Origin: Blepharisma stoltei ATCC 30299
Lineage: Eukaryota > Protista > Ciliophora
NCBI GenBank assembly: GCA_965603825.1
Contig: CBFDEM010000024.1
Coordinates: forward strand, 310,001 to 374,000
DNA: 64,000 bases
Direction: 5' to 3'
Every line of letters starts with the position of its first letter. Position 1 is the stretch's first letter. Positions 59,801 through 64,000 of this stretch are shown piece after piece. The notes under the pieces are model-generated. The model was not told where the DNA came from and did not search any database. It saw only the letters and a list, made by a program, of their open reading frames with translations. Position numbers and translations under genes: made by a program.

Positions 59801-60378
59801 CCAATTTTGTGTTCTTCACATAAAATTTCTCCTGCCCCTCTCAGCAATATTTTTGGATTCCATTTATTCCTCTGCAGCATGCAGATTAGGTGAGCTCTTT
59901 TGTCGCATTCTGTACATTTAATAGTGCCAATGCTCAATTCTTTGCATTCCTCACAATAAGTTTCTGGAATTTCGCTATTTTGCTCAACTATACGCATTCT
60001 CTGCCAATCAGCAATTCTGAAGCAGTCTGTAAACAATGCACACGTCACATGCACCCAAAATCTGCCGCATTTTTTTAAAGCTCCATTGGTTTGGTGGCAA
60101 ACTCTGCAGGATAAGGTGATAGTGGGCCCTACTTCCATGCAGCGATCACAATAGAAGGTTTCGTTTGAGGAAGTCAGCCCATAGCAGGCTCTGTGAACTG
60201 TAAGATTGCAGGTTCTGCAGGAATGTAAAGGGATGCTTAGCTCAGGCTTGATTGAGCTTGAGGATTCTTTGCTTCAGCAAACGTGGCAGCAATTATTTGT
60301 GGAGGGAAAAGTGGGAGAGGGCTTGCTGTGGCTTGAAAGTGTTTTGGAAACATTCTTACCCGGATTTCCTGTAGCCAT
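53884..60378 (-). CDS. Large chromatin/transcription reader: PZP (PHD-Zn knuckle-ePHD) + PHD + PLU-1-like helical repeats + TFIIS-M-like + SPOC (DIDO/PHF3/BYE1-like), 2164 aa, intronless
   Basis: ATG 60378. All six track ORFs are in one frame joined only by TGA (gaps checked, no TAA/TAG). Motifs CHVCW...CRTCNLTVHRACYG...FYCDRC, CRVC...GALKK...WVHVTCALF, CFCGK...MIRCDIC...HGDCVGI and the SPOC-like VWTGKL...ISIQGR. Confidence 0.83.
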
Positions 60379-60599
60379 TTATACAAATATTTATTTAGAT
60401 CGGGGCATTTGCGATTTTGGATGATAATGTGCAAAGAAAAGAGCATTGAAAGAGAAAGAAAAAAGTGATAAAAATAAAACAATATAAAAAGGAAATTTAA
60501 TAAACTGGGTTGGAGGTAAAGACGCAGATCGAAGATATAATGATATTTTTAATAAGAAATATTTCCACAGAAATTGAAATATCTATTAAATAATAAAGC
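60379..60599. promoter_or_regulatory. 221-bp divergent (head-to-head) intergenic region, candidate bidirectional promoter
   Basis: Lies between ATG 60378 (-) and ATG 60600 (+); no specific motif identified. Confidence 0.45.
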
Positions 60600-62192
60600 A
60601 TGGCATTTTATACTAAGGAGGAAAGAATCCCTACATACTTGGGAACTCCTAATCTCATTGGGCCAGGAGCCTATATTTATCCTAATAAGTCAGAAGTCCA
60701 AGAGTCTTATGCACCCTTTTTAAGTACCACTCTCAGAGATACAATGAAAGTGCAAATCTCAAGTCCAGGCCCTGGGAGTTATTTCAATCCAGAATGAAGC
60801 TCATACTATCTTCAAGGGAAAAAGCAGCCCAATAAAGCCTCACATATGTTTGCAAGCCATATCAAAAGGATTCCACACAAAGAGCCAGAAGATGGTCCTG
60901 GCCCAGGAACTTATGAGCTTTCACCAAAAAGAAGAAAAAAACCGAATATCAATGCGAGAACGCACAAACTGCCAAAATTGACCAAAAACTTTTCTTTTCC
61001 GTCAATTCCTATAAGATCTAATGGCGAAGGTTATGATGAGTTACCAAATGGAGAACTGGTCCCACACAAAAATTCTGATAAGAATCTTGATGAATCATCA
61101 ATTGGTCCAGGACATTACAACCCTATATTTTCTAACGAAAACTCAGCAAACCTCGGAACAGAATGATATAAATACAACTCAAAGCGAAATATGTTTGTCA
61201 ATCACAATTCAACTCCAGGGCCTGGAAGCTATCTCTATAAAAGCAAGCTATTTGAAGATGCTAATAAGCATAAAAGCGCTTTTATAAGCAAAGTAAGAAG
61301 AGGCTGCTATATTCCTGAGAGGTCAAAAAGCCAAGAATTATCTGAAGATGACGCTGAAGAAGAGCTAGAAAGCATTCCAGGCCCAGGCTATTACTTCAAT
61401 CAAGACTCATATACAAGCTTTCCGAAGAAAACACTTCCAAGAATGTTTCAATATTTTGGCAGCAGATGTGTGAGATTTAAAAGCCAAAATATTAAAAAAG
61501 AAGAAAGCAAAAGATACTATGATAAGAAGGTTATTACAAAGCCAGCAAAGAAAAATGCACCATTTGATACGAATTCTAGAAGATTTAATTATGAGATCGA
61601 AATCAGCCCTGGACCTGGAAGCTACAATGATGAAGTAAATCTCGGGTATACGAAAATTGAGAATAAACAGGGAGCATTTGGAAGCACAGAAAAAAGATTT
61701 ATTGAGTCTAATAATCTTGATCTGCCTGGGCCTGGAGCATATTCTGTTGAATTAGCTCAAAAATCAAAGCAAAGTAAATCATCGTTGTCAAAGCTTTCAC
61801 CATCTTTTGCGAGCAGGGTAAAAAGAGAATCTTTTGGACCTGATTTTGAAACTCCACCGCCTGGACAATATAAAATAAATGATTTATGGAGCAAAAAAAG
61901 CAACCAAGCCTCAAGTCCAAAGCTAGTAAAGTCTTATGGGAATAAAAGTGTTCCAATTGGCTTTAATTCAAAGATAGAAAGGTTTAAAGAAGCAAAGGAT
62001 ACGACAATTGGGCCAGGATTTTATGACCCTGATTGCATGCTTCTATATAATGGATCAAGAGTTGTGATTTCAAAAGGAAACCGATTTGATTATAAAGTCC
62101 ATGAAGAACTTCCTGGGCCCGGCCATTATGATGATGCAACTGCAGATAAAGCTTGGAATAGGCAATCATTTAATGTAAATTACATCAATTAA
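60600..62192 (+). CDS. SHIPPO/STPG-type PGPGxY-repeat ciliary microtubule protein, 530 aa
   Basis: Repeats IGPGAY, SPGPGSY, GPGPGTY, IGPGHY, TPGPGSY, IPGPGYY, LPGPGAY, TPPPGQY, LPGPGHY and F.S...RF motifs; joined by two TGA=Trp. Confidence 0.9.
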
Positions 62193-62401
62193 TTTATAAT
62201 TAAATTACTTAATTAATTTCCACTATACGTAAAGGTGAAATTTTTCCTGTGAGCCATAAATTTGTACAGAGAAAAAAAATTCGTTTTTTGCTTCTTCTTA
62301 AAGAAGCAATAGCCCTTAGGCGTTTCAGAAAATTTATTTATAATCTATTTTAGCTCATTCAGCGTCAAATAAATCAAGCTATTTAATTCTTAAATAACGT
62401 T

Positions 62402-62722
62402 TTAAAATGTAGTTGCCCTTTTAGCGTTTGTTCCATTACTGCCACTTGAACGTACAACTGTATTGTTGCTTTTTTGGTTTCTTTTCAAGTTTCCACTCTT
62501 AGTGGTATGATAGATTTCTTTCGCCTTCCTTCTTTCTATGTATCCTCGTAAAACGCCTTGCAATTTTATAGCATCGTCTAAATTAATCTGAATGTCTCGC
62601 TTCTTTTTCTTGTGTTTCCTGTGTTTCTTAGGCTCAATTGGATCAGCATGCCCAGATGTATTTAGTCTAATCTGGTTCTCTTCAGTCGATTGATCTCTTA
62701 AGCAAGTGCAGTTTAACCCCAT
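62402..62722 (-). CDS. Small N-acylated IQ-motif protein, 106 aa
   Basis: Starts MGLNCTC; polybasic stretch KKHRKHKKKKR; IQ motif AIKLQGVLRGYIERRK. Confidence 0.75.
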   Translation of the reverse strand: MGLNCTCLRDQSTEENQIRLNTSGHADPIEPKKHRKHKKKKRDIQINLDDAIKLQGVLRGYIERRKAKEIYHTTKSGNLKRNQKSNNTVVRSSGSNGTNAKRATTF

Positions 62723-63133
62723 ATAATATTTTTATTACTAACTTAAAGATGACCTATAAAGAGACTTAGAAAGAAATGCTCATTACTTTCACATGTATGA
62801 GAGATATGGTCTTGAAGAGCATGCTGGAGAAAAAATTCTTCTTTACAGAGTTTGTTTGAAGATAAGTAAGAGATTTATATTTTGTCTGAATAAAAATTTT
62901 ACCATTAAGTCCAGATATCTTGAACAGCAGCCTATTTAATTGCAAGAAACCTATCTAATTGTCCTCTGGAGATTAATTTTATGAAATTAAATTGTTAGAA
63001 ATATTCATTATTTAAAGGGTTATAAAGAAGCAACATTTCAATGTCAATTTACTACAACAAAGTTAAATCAATATTTAATCACAAAGAATTTTGTATTTAT
63101 AATTAATATCATAAATAAAAGTCGGAAATGCTT

Positions 63134-64000
63134 TTATTGATCTAGCCATCTTATTCTACTTCCGAAATTTCATTCTCCTTTTCTAGTTTCTCCATTTTGG
63201 TTTGTGATACATCCGACTCCATGCTGCTTTCCATTACACCAGCTCCCTTCATATTTTTTCCCACTTGGCCAAGAAATTGTTCCTTGGCCTTGTTTTTTAT
63301 CCATAAAAAATTCCCCTTCATAAACTTTTCCGTTTGGCCATTCAAATTTGCCATATCCATGCATTTTATTGTCAATCCAACTACCTGTGTACATTTTTCC
63401 ATCAAACCATTTATAAATTCCTTCACCTTCAATATTATTTTTACGAAATTGTCCTATATAAGTGCTTCCATCAATCCAAGAAATATTTCCATAACCTTGC
63501 TTATAGCCATGCTTAAATTCGCCATTATAATCGGTCCCATCTTCACATTTTTCTTTACCATGCCCATGCTGCTTGTCTTTTCTTCAATAACCTTCATATG
63601 TATTTCCACTAGCAGTTACCAGAATACCCCATCCTTGTTTTTTCCCATCAATAAAATTGCCTAAGTAGTAATCTTGAGAAGAGTGAATAACTCTGGCATT
63701 TCCATTTAGTACCCCATTTTCTCAGTGACCTTCAATTAAGCTTTTATCCGGCAAAGCCATTATGCCGCGGCCATTAGGGATATTTTTAGAGAGTTCTCCG
63801 ATATAAACTGACCCATCTTTCAGCTTGATTTTCTTTCATTCTCTAATGTTGGGAGGCTCTGATGAAAAATTGAATGGGGGAAGAGAGTTTACGGTAGATA
63901 AAACTTCTTGGGAGATAGGAAGATCACCAAAATTTCCTGAAAAAGGAAGAATTAGATCTATAGTAACTTCTGCAGTTGGAGGTTCTTGATTTTTAAGCTT
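63134..64000 (-). CDS. MORN-repeat protein, 5' end outside the window
   Basis: Open frame from 64000 (TGA=Trp) with YIGE..PNGRG, YTGSWIDNKMHGYG, YEGEF..KKQGQG and YEGSW..GKQHGVG; ends TAA at 63134-63136. Confidence 0.9.

Noticed and set aside
1-64000. TGA as selenocysteine or Cys (Euplotes-type), or a Mycoplasma/mitochondrial origin
   Set aside because: TGA aligns with conserved Trp, not Cys. The genes are nuclear eukaryotic with spliceosomal introns.

Overview
This is a gene-dense, AT-rich stretch of eukaryotic nuclear DNA. It is almost certainly from the macronuclear genome of a heterotrich ciliate of the Blepharisma type. Two properties break up the supplied ORF track. First, TGA encodes Trp while TAA/TAG are stops; TGA sits at invariant Trp positions in Myb, kinase, P4-ATPase, importin and MORN motifs. 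Second, genes carry tiny 15-16 nt GT..AG introns with an A six nt from the 3' end; I located 24 by hand. Re-read this way, the window holds about 36 genes, including several the track misses entirely or almost entirely (an IQ+MORN gene at 21000, a Myb gene at 48131). Recognisable genes include RPL38, importin alpha, a ULK/ATG1-like kinase, PRKRIP1, NIT1, three R2R3-Myb genes, two MFS transporters, an FCP1-like phosphatase, GRASP, three CDPKs, an ATP9/Neo1 flippase, a DCN1-like gene, syntaxin-16, a SHIPPO/STPG protein and two MORN proteins. The most interesting items are: (a) a tandem triplet of ~1150-aa surface proteins with 12 kelch repeats, Cys-rich repeats and a 3-TM C-terminal module reminiscent of 2-TM channel/ERGIC folds; (b) a 774-aa protein fusing two YbjN/T3SS-chaperone-like domains to a pseudokinase; (c) a 2164-aa intronless PZP-PHD-PLU1-SPOC chromatin reader; (d) a syntaxin-16 intron with competing 16-nt (frameshifting) and 20-nt (productive) acceptors; (e) a GC-rich bistable intergenic hairpin at 20851-20890. 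I recognised no rRNA, tRNA, CRISPR array or transposase. All gene models and domain calls were made by eye, without database searches.
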